From positions 1-57,035 of IMG/VR virus record IMGVR_UViG_3300045303_000150: a DNA stretch of 57,035 bases. One strand, 5' to 3'. The translations under genes and the position numbers were made by a program. Below, piece by piece: positions 17,736-27,236 of the stretch. This DNA comes from a virus (lineage: Duplodnaviria; Caudoviricetes). Positions within the stretch are counted from its first letter, which is position 1; each line of letters begins with the position of its first letter. The notes under the pieces were generated by a model, which was not told the origin of the DNA, searched no databases, and saw nothing but the letters and a program-made list of their open reading frames with translations.

Positions 17736-20513
17736 GTGGCACGCGTCATCGGCGAAGCGAAGATCCGTCTCTCCATTGAAGGCGCTGGCCTGGGCGCGGC
17801 CATCAAGCGTGAGATCAAGCAGGCCTCCCGCGAGGCGTTCAGCGGGGGCATTTTCGACGACGCGGACAAGGAAGCCGACGCCACCTCGAAGAGGGTTGGT
17901 AGCCGGTTCACGTCGATGTTCGGCAAGCTGACCAGCTTGGGCAAGTCGTTCGGGTCGGTGCTCGCCAGCGGCGCGAAGCTGGCGAGCATTGGCGCGGCCG
18001 CCGGTGCCGGGCTGGCGGGCATCACGTCCCTGACCACGGGCGTGATCGGGTTGATCGGCGTGCTGGGCAACGCCGCTGGCGTGGCCGGTCTGCTGCCCGC
18101 CGCGTTCGCTGGATTCCTTGCGGTGTCCACCACCATCAAGCTGGGCACCCAGGGAATCAGCGAGTCGTTCAAGGCGCTGGCGTCCGGCGACGTGGCGAAG
18201 TTCAACGAGTCGCTGAAGGGGCTCGCGCCGTCCGCGCAGGAGTTCGTGAAGTCGATCAAGGGCATCAAGCCTGAGTTCGACAAGATGCAGTTGCAGGTGC
18301 AGCAGAACCTGTTCGACGGCCTAGGCAAGGGCGTTCAGAACCTCGCAACCCGGTACCTGCCGGTGGCCCGTGACCTCTTCGGGAGCCTGGCCACGACCAT
18401 CAACGCGGCAGGCAAGGAGGCGATCAGCTTCGCCGACGACGGCGAGACCGTCGGTCAGGTCAGCCTGCTGGTCGATAGCCTGAAGTCCTCGTTCGCCAAC
18501 CTCGTGCCTGCCGTGAAGCCGGTACTGTCCGCGTTCCTGGACATCGGCCAGGTGGGTGGCTCGTTCCTGCCGCAGATCACGGCCGGAGTGAGCGGCCTGG
18601 CCATCAAGTTCGGCGACTTCATTCGGACGGCCGCGTCATCCGGCGCGCTGTCCGACTTTTTCCAGACCGCCATCGACACGGTCAAGCAGCTAGGCACGGT
18701 CCTCAAGAACGTGTTCGGGATCTTCCGTGGCGTCTTCGAGGCTGCCCAGGCCAGCGGTGGCGGCTTCCTAAACAACCTCGTGGAGATCACAGGGCAGATC
18801 AAGGAGTTCGTCAACTCGGCCCAGGGTATGACCGCTCTGACTACGTTCTTCTCGTCCATGAAGGCCGTCGTAGCCGCCGTCCTGCCTGTCTTTCTTCAGC
18901 TCGCCCAGGTGGTTGGCACGACCCTCGTTCCCATCATCGCGAACCTGGCGACCACCATCGGTCCCGCGCTGGTGCCGGTCGTGCAGGCGCTGGGCGTTGC
19001 GCTCCAGGCGGCCGCGCCTGGCATTGCCGCACTGGGCCAGGGCTTCGCCGCGCTGATTCAGGGGATCGCTCCGGCGCTGCCCGCGATCGGCCAGCTGGCG
19101 GCTGTCCTCGGCCAGGGCCTCGGTCAGGTGATGGCCACCCTGGGTCCGGTCATCGGCCAGTTTGCCCAGGTGCTCGCCGGTGTGCTGGCTCAAGCCATCC
19201 CGCCCCTGATTCCGATCATCACCAGCCTGGTGCAGATCATCGGCCAGATCTTGACCGCCGTCGCGCCGCTGATACCGCCGATCGTCCAGCTCGCGGCCGC
19301 CGCACTCGGCCCGCTGTTGACGATCATCCAGGCGCTGATACCGCCCTTCCAGCTCTTGATCAACAACGTCTTGAAGGCGATCCAGCCGATCTTGCCCGTG
19401 ATCGCGAATGCCTTCGCTCAGCTCGGTGCTGCCCTCGCGCCGCTGGCCGGTGCTCTCGGTCAGGCCGTGGTGCAGATCTTCAGTGCGCTGCTGCCCGTAT
19501 TGAATCCGCTGATAACCGCAATTCTCGCAATTGTGCAGGCCGTGATTCCGCTGATCCCGCCGCTGATCACAATTATCCAGACGCTCGCGCCTATCATCGC
19601 ATTGTTCGCGCAGCTGACCGCGACCATTATCGGATTCATAGCGAGCGCCATTACGCCGCTCGCAAATGCATTCGGCGTAGTCGCGTCGGTAATCGCTGGT
19701 GCTATGAACGTTGTGCTCTCGGTAATTTCCGGTGTCGTAAACACAGTGACAGCTATTTTCTCCGGGCTGCTCACAATTGTCTCGTCAATTTGGAACACGA
19801 TTTCTAGCACCATCACCGGAATCGTAGGTCGTATCGGAAGCTTTATAAGCTCCGGATTCCAGGGTTTCGTGAATACGGTGAAGACCGCATTCACCAATAT
19901 CGTAAATGCGGTCTCGTCTGGCGTGTCGAGCGCGGTCAGTTTCGTCGCCCAGCTACCCGGCAAGATATTGAGCGCCGTGGGCAATTTCGCGTCGCTATTG
20001 TTCAACGCCGGACGCGACCTTTTGCAGGGTCTTATCAATGGGATCACCGGCATGGTGAAGGGCGTTATCGACAAGGTTGTGAGCGTTGGCAAGTCGATCC
20101 TGAGCGGCATCAAGGGCGCGCTGGGAATCTCCAGCCCCTCGAAGGAGATGGCGAAGATCGGCGTCTTCATCGGTGAGGGTCTGATCAAGGGCATCGACAA
20201 GATCACTCCGGCCGTGAACAATGCGGCCAGCGCGCTGGCGAACGGCGTTACCGACACGATGGGCGCGCCCCTGAATATGGCCTTCGCGACCAACCCGACC
20301 GGCGCAAGCGGCAACAACCTGACCGCGATCCCTGGCACCGGGATGATCCAGAACAACTACATGCTGCCCGGCACCGACGTGAAGCAGTTCGCAGACACCG
20401 TGCTCCGGCGCGCGAACACCGACCTGCTCAGCGGGGCGTCCACGTTCTCCGTGCAGCGTCAGGGCGTGCAGGATGGCGTTAACGATCAGCACTTGACGGG
20501 GGTGGCACTGTGA
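17736..20513 (+). CDS. tape measure protein
   Basis: 925 aa Ala/Gly/Leu-rich helical repeats; IG.A.I at N-terminus; G..L.QGLINGI and LGI.SPSK near C-terminus. Confidence 0.9.
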   Translation: MARVIGEAKIRLSIEGAGLGAAIKREIKQASREAFSGGIFDDADKEADATSKRVGSRFTSMFGKLTSLGKSFGSVLASGAKLASIGAAAGAGLAGITSLTTGVIGLIGVLGNAAGVAGLLPAAFAGFLAVSTTIKLGTQGISESFKALASGDVAKFNESLKGLAPSAQEFVKSIKGIKPEFDKMQLQVQQNLFDGLGKGVQNLATRYLPVARDLFGSLATTINAAGKEAISFADDGETVGQVSLLVDSLKSSFANLVPAVKPVLSAFLDIGQVGGSFLPQITAGVSGLAIKFGDFIRTAASSGALSDFFQTAIDTVKQLGTVLKNVFGIFRGVFEAAQASGGGFLNNLVEITGQIKEFVNSAQGMTALTTFFSSMKAVVAAVLPVFLQLAQVVGTTLVPIIANLATTIGPALVPVVQALGVALQAAAPGIAALGQGFAALIQGIAPALPAIGQLAAVLGQGLGQVMATLGPVIGQFAQVLAGVLAQAIPPLIPIITSLVQIIGQILTAVAPLIPPIVQLAAAALGPLLTIIQALIPPFQLLINNVLKAIQPILPVIANAFAQLGAALAPLAGALGQAVVQIFSALLPVLNPLITAILAIVQAVIPLIPPLITIIQTLAPIIALFAQLTATIIGFIASAITPLANAFGVVASVIAGAMNVVLSVISGVVNTVTAIFSGLLTIVSSIWNTISSTITGIVGRIGSFISSGFQGFVNTVKTAFTNIVNAVSSGVSSAVSFVAQLPGKILSAVGNFASLLFNAGRDLLQGLINGITGMVKGVIDKVVSVGKSILSGIKGALGISSPSKEMAKIGVFIGEGLIKGIDKITPAVNNAASALANGVTDTMGAPLNMAFATNPTGASGNNLTAIPGTGMIQNNYMLPGTDVKQFADTVLRRANTDLLSGASTFSVQRQGVQDGVNDQHLTGVAL

Positions 20514-21436
20514 CGGCTCCGGCGGTCAACATCTACACGCACATGCCATCGGTCCCGACCGACGGCCAGTACCGCATGGGGCCTGGGCTGGACACCAGCG
20601 TGACGGACATCTGGCTGAACACTCAGATGGCCAACGGTACGTACATCGCGGTCGGCGAGCCGGAAGGCTGGGAGGGGATCGAGTTCATCACCCCGATCGA
20701 CCAGGCTGGTGGCCGCGACGGCGGACTGATTGGTCCCAACAGCGTCGCGCCCCGCACGTTGGCCGTGGAGGGTGCGATGGTCGCTCCGGACGCTGCGACT
20801 CTGCGGGACAACATTCGGACGATGCGGGCCATGCTGGGCCCCCGGAAGACCGTTGTCTGGGACCAGTACGACTTCGGCGAGCGCGTGCGGATGGGCCTGG
20901 TCTGCCGCGCCGTCGGTGACTTCCGCTCCACGCCGGTCATGGGACACCAGCGCGGCGGCGTCGCCACGCGCTTCAACTTCACCTTGGTGGCCGCGAACCC
21001 GCCATGGAAGTACGGCACCGGGCCTGCGCTCTCGAACTGCATGGGCCTGCCTGTGTCGTCCGTCTCTGGGCGCACCTACAACAAGACGTACAGCTGGAAC
21101 TACGGGGCGACGACGAACCCCGGCGGCATGATGAACCTGTTCAACGCGGGTGACATCGACGCGTGGCCGGTCTTCACCATCACCGGCGCGGTGGACAACC
21201 CGGTCATCTCCAACGAGAGCACCGGCCAGACGTTTACGCTGACCAGCTCGGTAGCGTCCGGTCAGACAGTCGTGATCGATGGGCGCACCGGAGTTATCAC
21301 GCCGTCGCAATACCGGATCGTTGGGCGACCTTTCCCCCTCGTGCCGGGGAACAACACGATACGCTGGCGTGCGACCAGCGGCACCTTCACCGTTGACGCG
21401 TCGCTCTGCCTGAGCTGGCGAAACACCTGGGAGTAG
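20510..21436 (+). CDS. distal tail (Dit-like) minor tail protein
   Basis: After tape measure; L.A..P.KY, N.GD..AWPV..I.G...NP, L.PG.N.I. Confidence 0.75.
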   Translation: MTAPAVNIYTHMPSVPTDGQYRMGPGLDTSVTDIWLNTQMANGTYIAVGEPEGWEGIEFITPIDQAGGRDGGLIGPNSVAPRTLAVEGAMVAPDAATLRDNIRTMRAMLGPRKTVVWDQYDFGERVRMGLVCRAVGDFRSTPVMGHQRGGVATRFNFTLVAANPPWKYGTGPALSNCMGLPVSSVSGRTYNKTYSWNYGATTNPGGMMNLFNAGDIDAWPVFTITGAVDNPVISNESTGQTFTLTSSVASGQTVVIDGRTGVITPSQYRIVGRPFPLVPGNNTIRWRATSGTFTVDASLCLSWRNTWE

Positions 21437-21439
21437 AGA

Positions 21440-22483
21440 ATGGCACTGATCACCCCGCCGGGGTATCTCCAGGCTGGCACGTACGACGCTGTCAAGGACC
21501 GTCAGTACCTGGTCACCACCCGGATGTACAAGCAGTCCGGCGACAACTCGCGCGCGCGCTCCGGCCTCCTGCCCGACCTCAACGCGTGGTCGGCTCCCTA
21601 CTCGAACACCGGCTTCAACATCACCATCGGCCCGTTCCGCGCCGTCATTTCCAACACGTTCGCCGCGAATGCCGGTGACTACATCGCGGTATCGGCCGCC
21701 AACGAATCGCGCACGCTGACAGGCAGCTCGCCGACCACCAACCGGATCGACGTGGTGGGCGTGCAGGTTCGGGACGCCTTCTACTCCGGCGCGTTCAACG
21801 ACGTGGACGTGGTTGTTGTGCAGGGCACACCCGCCGCCGGAACGCCCGCCGTTCCCACGCTGCCCGCTGGCTTCCTGCCCTTCTACCAGCTGGCCGTCAA
21901 CGCCAGCTCGACCCAGGCCGTGGTCACCGACGTACGCAAGCGGACGGCGCTGGTTGGCTCCCAGATCCCGATCTTCGACAACCAGGTGGGCGACGCTGGC
22001 GTCTACTTCGGCGAGAAGGAGGTACTGCCCGGCTCCGGCGCGATCCCTGCGCGTGAGCGCATGTGGGGGCAGGACTCCGCTTGGCACGGGATCACGCCGT
22101 ACGCGCTGGACTTCGGCGCCTACGTGCTGACCTCCAGCACGGCCAACCGCGTGATCGGCAGTCTCTCCGTGGCCGATCCCGGCTACCGGTACAAGCTCGT
22201 GTTCTCTGGGGCAATCTGGGCAGGCATTGACCCGGTTTGCGGCTGGGCATTCAACGTCCGTTCCGGCGGTTCCGGCGGCACGATCCACGGCACGCCGGGC
22301 GCGTACGAAACTCGCGACTCCGTGTACAACGGCACCAACTCGATCCCGATCACCGGCGCGTCTGCTGTCCTGACCGGTGCCATCACCCTGGAAATCTGGG
22401 CCCAGCGCAAGTTTGGCGCTGGCACTCAGGGCTTGGCCGTGGACCCCGGCACGGCCGTTTCCGTGCTGGTGGTGCCGATGTGA
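21440..22483 (+). CDS. minor tail protein
   Basis: RIDVV...V.D..YSG, V..GTP...P..P.LP, ..D.R motifs. Confidence 0.75.
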   Translation: MALITPPGYLQAGTYDAVKDRQYLVTTRMYKQSGDNSRARSGLLPDLNAWSAPYSNTGFNITIGPFRAVISNTFAANAGDYIAVSAANESRTLTGSSPTTNRIDVVGVQVRDAFYSGAFNDVDVVVVQGTPAAGTPAVPTLPAGFLPFYQLAVNASSTQAVVTDVRKRTALVGSQIPIFDNQVGDAGVYFGEKEVLPGSGAIPARERMWGQDSAWHGITPYALDFGAYVLTSSTANRVIGSLSVADPGYRYKLVFSGAIWAGIDPVCGWAFNVRSGGSGGTIHGTPGAYETRDSVYNGTNSIPITGASAVLTGAITLEIWAQRKFGAGTQGLAVDPGTAVSVLVVPM

Positions 22484-23781
22484 CGAGCTTCGGCGACGCG
22501 GGCCCCGAGGACCCTCAGCAGGTCTCGTACTCCTACTGGCCGGTCAACTACATCAACGGCGACCCGACCACGATCACCAACGCGCCATTCCCGCTGTCCG
22601 GTGTCCAGTTCTCCATCCTGGCGCGCGGCGTCGGCGAGCTGCGCGCCAGCGTCCAGCTCGCCGACCCTGAGGTTCGCGCGATGTACCCGTGGGACAAGTT
22701 CGTGGCTCGTAAGACCGGCATCGTGGTGGTGCGCACGGTGACCAACCCGATCTCGGGAATCAAGGAGCACACGATCCCGTTCCACGGCGTGTTGTGGGGA
22801 GAGCCGAAAATCCCCTCTACGGGTCGAATGGACTGCACTTTTCAGACGGTCGAGTCGCTCTGGGCTCGCCGTCTGATCACCGGCCCGCCCCCGCTTGGCC
22901 AGCGTGACGGCTCCGGCAACCTTCTGCCGGGCTGCACATGGACAGGCGCAGACCAGGCGCAGATCGTGCGCGACCTGCTCAACCCCGGATTCTTCTCCCA
23001 GCTCGGAAACATCGGGGGCCTGTTCCCTGGCTGGATCAACGTCGAAGCGCCCGTGGCGAACATGGGCGTGCCGCGCGATATGACCTACCGGCGCGGCCAG
23101 GAAACCAACCTGCTGACGGCGCACCAGGATCGCTCGAAGATCATCAACGGCTACGAGTGGTACACGGCCATGCGCGTCCTTTCCGGAGCCAGCGCCTACG
23201 ATGCGACCTCGTTCCGCTGTCAGTTCGTGTGGGGCTATCCGCGTCTCGGCCGGACCTACGACGGCGGTGGCCAGATCCCGCGCTTCTCGTATTACGTGGA
23301 CGGGCGCGGAAACGTAGCCAATATCAGGTACGCCTACAACGCGGCCGCCGTGTCGAACATGGTGTGGGGCACCGGAGCTGGATTCGATGATGACGCACTT
23401 CGCGTCTATAGCCGATACTCCAACGACGTAACGAACGGATTCCTTGTCACCGAAGACAAGTACTCTAACCCGGACGTGAGCAACGGTTCCACGCTCCAGG
23501 AGCAGACGGACGCGAAGCTGATTCAGGGCTACACCAACGAGCAATTCATCGACTCGGTGCAGGTGCGCGGAGATCTGTTCCCGTACTTCGGCTCCTACAA
23601 TATCGGCGATGACTGTCTATTCACGACAGACGACTGGACGTGGCCGGACAACGCGGACGGCTCGCGGGGCGTCACGTACATCTCGCGCATTATGGGGTGG
23701 AAGGTCACGCCACCGGAAGGCGACAATGCCGAAACAGTCGAGCTGGTGCTGAGCGGAAGGGAGGACGTGGACAGTGGGTGA
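22480..23781 (+). CDS. minor tail (baseplate hub-like) protein
   Basis: GTGA overlap; G.LW, DQ..I.RDL, GYPRLG, G.Y..GD, RI.GW...P motifs. Confidence 0.75.
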   Translation: MTSFGDAGPEDPQQVSYSYWPVNYINGDPTTITNAPFPLSGVQFSILARGVGELRASVQLADPEVRAMYPWDKFVARKTGIVVVRTVTNPISGIKEHTIPFHGVLWGEPKIPSTGRMDCTFQTVESLWARRLITGPPPLGQRDGSGNLLPGCTWTGADQAQIVRDLLNPGFFSQLGNIGGLFPGWINVEAPVANMGVPRDMTYRRGQETNLLTAHQDRSKIINGYEWYTAMRVLSGASAYDATSFRCQFVWGYPRLGRTYDGGGQIPRFSYYVDGRGNVANIRYAYNAAAVSNMVWGTGAGFDDDALRVYSRYSNDVTNGFLVTEDKYSNPDVSNGSTLQEQTDAKLIQGYTNEQFIDSVQVRGDLFPYFGSYNIGDDCLFTTDDWTWPDNADGSRGVTYISRIMGWKVTPPEGDNAETVELVLSGREDVDSG

Positions 23782-24628
23782 AATTGATCCATACGGACAG
23801 ATCCAGGAGTTCACGCCCCGCAGCACCAACATCGTGGACGCCATCGCTGAAACGAAGCGGGTAACTGAATCTGCCTTGCGCTCGAACCCTCTTCGTAACG
23901 CGGTCGTGGACGACGGCTTGATGAAGTGGCGCGGCAACTACGCTGGCGGCCTGGGTGGCGCATACCTCTGGATCGGCGAGTTCTCGCCGAACGACGGCGT
24001 ACTGGGCAAAAGGCAGCGCGGCTTTGCCCTTTCCCGCGATGACCCGAAGCATGCACGCGTCTTGTGGGTCTACGACGATCAGGGCGAAGCTGCGAACCCG
24101 ATTAACAAACCTCTTCGCCAGCAGCTCACAATGCACGACGCGGACGACGCGCCGATCCTCCGTGAAGCCCGGTCGGGGGGGGTTCAGTGGCCGTGGGCCG
24201 CAGTTCCCATTTATCCGATCGTGGAGGACTTCTACGAAGTCGGGGTATTCGGTGGTGGCACGGAATTCCTGCCGATCATCCCGGCGGCGAACTGCATCAA
24301 CGGGGCCAACCGGGGTCTGTTCCGTGGCTACGGCCCGATGGTTGGGCATATGCTTAAGTTCTTCGGCTTCGTCGTGTCGACGCTGAACAATCCCGTTGTG
24401 GGCGTGCACCTGGAATTGGTGTGGAACAACCCGGCTGGCACCACGTATACGTCTTCGGAAATCTCGTGCGCTGGTGGCACGACGACCAACCTTTTCTGGG
24501 ATCTCGACTTCGCGGGCCAGGGCCTGATCGGTTACGAGGTTCAGGTGAATGTGGTTGGTCGACTCATTTCCGGCACATATAAATGGAGCTTTGTTTATCC
24601 CACTTTGTGCTATTCGCACGGGCTCTGA
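23774..24628 (+). CDS. minor tail protein
   Basis: End of tail module; beta-rich; lower GC than genome average. Confidence 0.6.
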   Translation: MGEIDPYGQIQEFTPRSTNIVDAIAETKRVTESALRSNPLRNAVVDDGLMKWRGNYAGGLGGAYLWIGEFSPNDGVLGKRQRGFALSRDDPKHARVLWVYDDQGEAANPINKPLRQQLTMHDADDAPILREARSGGVQWPWAAVPIYPIVEDFYEVGVFGGGTEFLPIIPAANCINGANRGLFRGYGPMVGHMLKFFGFVVSTLNNPVVGVHLELVWNNPAGTTYTSSEISCAGGTTTNLFWDLDFAGQGLIGYEVQVNVVGRLISGTYKWSFVYPTLCYSHGL

Positions 24629-24716
24629 TCCACTGCGAGCGTAGACGTTCGCACCCCGCTATGGGGGTGTGTAACACTGCGAGGAGTTCTATCACCCTCA
24701 CACTCTGGAGCGCCTC

Positions 24717-25112
24717 GTGGACCTGACCTACCTGGAAGGTCAACCGGCATGGGTGGTGATTGTCGTTGTCTTCCTGCTCACTCTGGGTGCGCTGGGTGCC
24801 GCGTACCTAAGACGACGGTCCGCGCCCGATCCGGAAGAACCCCAGATTGAGGGGCCGCCGGATAAGGTGTCACTGCCCGCCGGTCACGATTCGTTCAACC
24901 CCGTGCGGGAAGCCATGGACATGGTTGCCGTCCAGGCGGCGCGCAACGCGGAGGAAGCGGATCGGGCAGAGGAAGAGGTGCGCAGGTTGAGTAAGCAACT
25001 TGCAGAGTGCGAGCGTGACCGCGCTGTGTTGGAGGAGCGCTACCAAGGCATTCGGGCCCAGCTCGAAGCTTGCCGACGCGAGCGCCACTACAGCCAGGAA
25101 GGCGAGCTGTGA
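24717..25112 (+). CDS. membrane protein with coiled coil (lysis-cassette type)
   Basis: Single N-terminal hydrophobic helix, C-terminal coiled coil; GGAG RBS. Confidence 0.7.
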   Translation: MDLTYLEGQPAWVVIVVVFLLTLGALGAAYLRRRSAPDPEEPQIEGPPDKVSLPAGHDSFNPVREAMDMVAVQAARNAEEADRAEEEVRRLSKQLAECERDRAVLEERYQGIRAQLEACRRERHYSQEGEL

Positions 25113-25960
25113 ACGCGGGAGAGAGCAGAGATCAGGCGCTCACCGACGCGCTGGCGACCGGCAACGCCGCGCTAGAGCAGGCCGCCCACGACATCGACCG
25201 GAAGCCGGACCGGCGCGAGGTCGCCAAGATCGCGTTCATCGCGGCCGTTGCGGTGTCGATGATCATGGGCGCGGTGGCCATCACCGTGTCCGGCCTCGCG
25301 TTCTCCAGTGCCTCGCGGGCGTCCGTCGCCCAGCAGGCCGCCGCGAAGGACCAGGAGGCTGCCCGCAAGCTCGCGGAGCAGGCCTATTCGTCCGCCCAGG
25401 AGGCAAACCGCGCGCTCCAGGAGCGTGGCCAGGCTCCTGTTCCGATCCCGGCACCGGACAGCTCAGACCCCACGGACACGCTCGTAGCCGCCGCGACCGC
25501 ACGCGTGCTCGCCCAGCTCCCCGATGCGCATCCGACGGCGGCACAGCTGGGCGCGGCCGTGGCGAGCTACTTCATCGTGAACCCGGTCACCCCGGCAGGC
25601 CCGACACCAGGTCAGATCTCCCAGGCGCTCGCGGGCTACCTGGCCACCAGCCCGCCGCCGTCCGGCCCGCCAGGCGAAGACGGCAAGCCGGGTACCGACG
25701 GGAAGAACGGGGTCGACGGCAAGGACGCGCCACCGCCTACGGACGCGCAGATCCAGCAGGCGTTCGTGAGCTACGTGCAGGCTAACCCCGAGTTCCTGCC
25801 GCAACAGCTGTGCCGCAACTACGGCCAGAACTTCAACCAGGCGAAGGACTTGACCAGCGCCGACGGTACCCGCTACACGCTGTACGGGTGCATCACCGAG
25901 ATCCAGGGTCCCATGCCCACCTCAACGAGTAGCAGTGTTCCCCTTTTGCCAGGAGGCTGA
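25109..25960 (+). CDS. membrane-anchored protein with collagen-like repeat
   Basis: Hydrophobic helix, coiled coil, GPPGEDGKPGTDGKNGVDGKD; GTGA overlap. Confidence 0.75.
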   Translation: MNAGESRDQALTDALATGNAALEQAAHDIDRKPDRREVAKIAFIAAVAVSMIMGAVAITVSGLAFSSASRASVAQQAAAKDQEAARKLAEQAYSSAQEANRALQERGQAPVPIPAPDSSDPTDTLVAAATARVLAQLPDAHPTAAQLGAAVASYFIVNPVTPAGPTPGQISQALAGYLATSPPPSGPPGEDGKPGTDGKNGVDGKDAPPPTDAQIQQAFVSYVQANPEFLPQQLCRNYGQNFNQAKDLTSADGTRYTLYGCITEIQGPMPTSTSSSVPLLPGG

Positions 25961-25961
25961 A

Positions 25962-26363
25962 GTGTTGAAGATCCGTGAAGCCGCGATGACGCCCGCCTTG
26001 GTGGCCGCGATCATCCAGGTTATTTCCGTGTTCATCTTCCCGTTCACCGACGAGCAGTCGGGCGTTCTCAACGCGGTTGTGGCGCTGATCGCGGCCGCCG
26101 TGACGGCCTTCTCGGTCGCCGTCGAAAAGGGCCTGGCCGTCCTGCTGGGTGGCGCGAACGTCTTGATCCAGCTCGTGATGGCCTTTGGGCTGACGCTGAC
26201 CACGGCGCAGCAGATGGCGGCCGCGACGTTCGCAACTCTGCTGGCTGGTTGGCTGACTCGTCAGAACGCCGTCGCGCCGGTGGCCGCCAGCGGCGCGCGT
26301 GTCGCTCCGGCACGTGCCAGCATGGCCCCCATCACGAGCCAGGCTGGTGGAACGCTGCACTGA
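25962..26363 (+). CDS. holin-like membrane protein
   Basis: GGAGG RBS; four hydrophobic helices in two repeats; ends R..V.PV. Confidence 0.65.
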   Translation: MLKIREAAMTPALVAAIIQVISVFIFPFTDEQSGVLNAVVALIAAAVTAFSVAVEKGLAVLLGGANVLIQLVMAFGLTLTTAQQMAAATFATLLAGWLTRQNAVAPVAASGARVAPARASMAPITSQAGGTLH

Positions 26364-26416
26364 CCGGCTAACCTTCTGTTCAGCCTCTCTCAGGGCTGCA
26401 CGGGAAATCTCTCCTA

Positions 26417-26450
26417 GACGCCCCTCGGATCGGCGGAACCGGGGGGCGTC
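26417..26450. terminator. hairpin between convergent genes
   Basis: GACGCCCCTCGG / CCGGGGGGCGTC. Confidence 0.65.
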
Positions 26451-26456
26451 GCCCGT

Positions 26457-26816
26457 TTAGAGGTACAGGTACCGTCCGTCATCGGTCAGGTACGCCCAGC
26501 GCATACCGCGCAGGAGAACCGGGAAGTCCTTCGCTCGATCCTCATGCTTTGGCACCAGGTATCCGCGCTCATCCGACCATGCCCGACGTGCATGCACAGA
26601 CTGTGGACAACCGTTGTGGATAACTGGGTCGAGCGCCAGCAGGTTGGACAGCGCATCGCGGTCGGGCCGCACAGTGCCGCCCATGCCTTTATTGCGACGA
26701 TGGTGCGCATCGAAAGTGTCGGGGTCGAGTGGTAAACCTGACACCTCGCACAGGCCTTCACACCTGATCAGGAGCTTCTCGCGGATGGCTGGCCAGTTCG
26801 GTTTCGGCGGAGTCAT
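26457..26816 (-). CDS. HNH endonuclease-like protein
   Basis: R..G.CE, HHRR.KGMGG, SNLL.L...H, GYLV, W..L.DDG. Confidence 0.75.
   Translation of the reverse strand: MTPPKPNWPAIREKLLIRCEGLCEVSGLPLDPDTFDAHHRRNKGMGGTVRPDRDALSNLLALDPVIHNGCPQSVHARRAWSDERGYLVPKHEDRAKDFPVLLRGMRWAYLTDDGRYLYL
26602..26623 (-). promoter_or_regulatory. pair of perfect DnaA boxes
   Basis: Minus strand reads TTATCCACA-ACGG-TTGTCCACA. Confidence 0.5.
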
Positions 26817-26824
26817 CGGGGTAG

Positions 26825-26853
26825 TTTACTTTCCCCCCGCAAGGGGGTAAAGT
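26825..26853 (+). promoter_or_regulatory. palindromic promoter between divergent genes
   Basis: TTTACT-17-TAAAGT with CCCCCC-GCAA-GGGGG; nearly symmetric ACTTT..AAAGT flanks. Confidence 0.65.
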
Positions 26854-26876
26854 CGATGGGGAAAGGAGGCACTAAG

Positions 26877-27221
26877 TTGACCGACAACCAGCAGAAACCC
26901 ATGGGATCGAAGCAGTTCGAGGGCGAGATCCTGATCCCCATCTTGCTCGCCGCTCAGGCACAGGCCCGTTCAAAGGCACAGAACCTGTCGGCCGTGGGCC
27001 GTGCGATTCTCCGCAAGGCGAGCAAGGCCGCCGAACCCAGCACCGACGGCGTTGCCCACCCGGCGGCGCGGCCCAGCAACGCGGGCCGGAAGCGCATGCG
27101 CTTCCGTATGCCAGGTGATGAGTACGAAGTGATCAAGGAGCGCATCCGCGCATCCGGAGAGTCCGTGACAGCGGCCCTCGAAAAGGGGCTCGAACAGTAC
27201 GCCCGCACGGGCAAGTTCTAG
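26877..27221 (+). CDS. tandem ribbon-helix-helix-like DNA-binding protein
   Basis: AAGGAGG RBS, TTG start; two beta-helix-helix units (..NLSAVGRAIL; RMRFRMP..EY..IK.R....GESVTAALE..L..Y). Confidence 0.6.
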   Translation: MTDNQQKPMGSKQFEGEILIPILLAAQAQARSKAQNLSAVGRAILRKASKAAEPSTDGVAHPAARPSNAGRKRMRFRMPGDEYEVIKERIRASGESVTAALEKGLEQYARTGKF

Positions 27222-27236
27222 GAGGAGAGAGACCCG

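Noticed and set aside
23300..24630. Diversity-generating retroelement target in the low-GC tail genes
   Set aside because: No reverse transcriptase and no template/variable repeat pair found
24652..24680. Additional palindromic promoter copy (CACCCC..GGGGTG)
   Set aside because: Lacks properly spaced -35/-10 boxes and the GGAACGAC motif; may be only a small hairpin
25660..25730. Gly-X-Y collagen-like repeat
   Set aside because: Short and common in actinophage lysis-region membrane proteins
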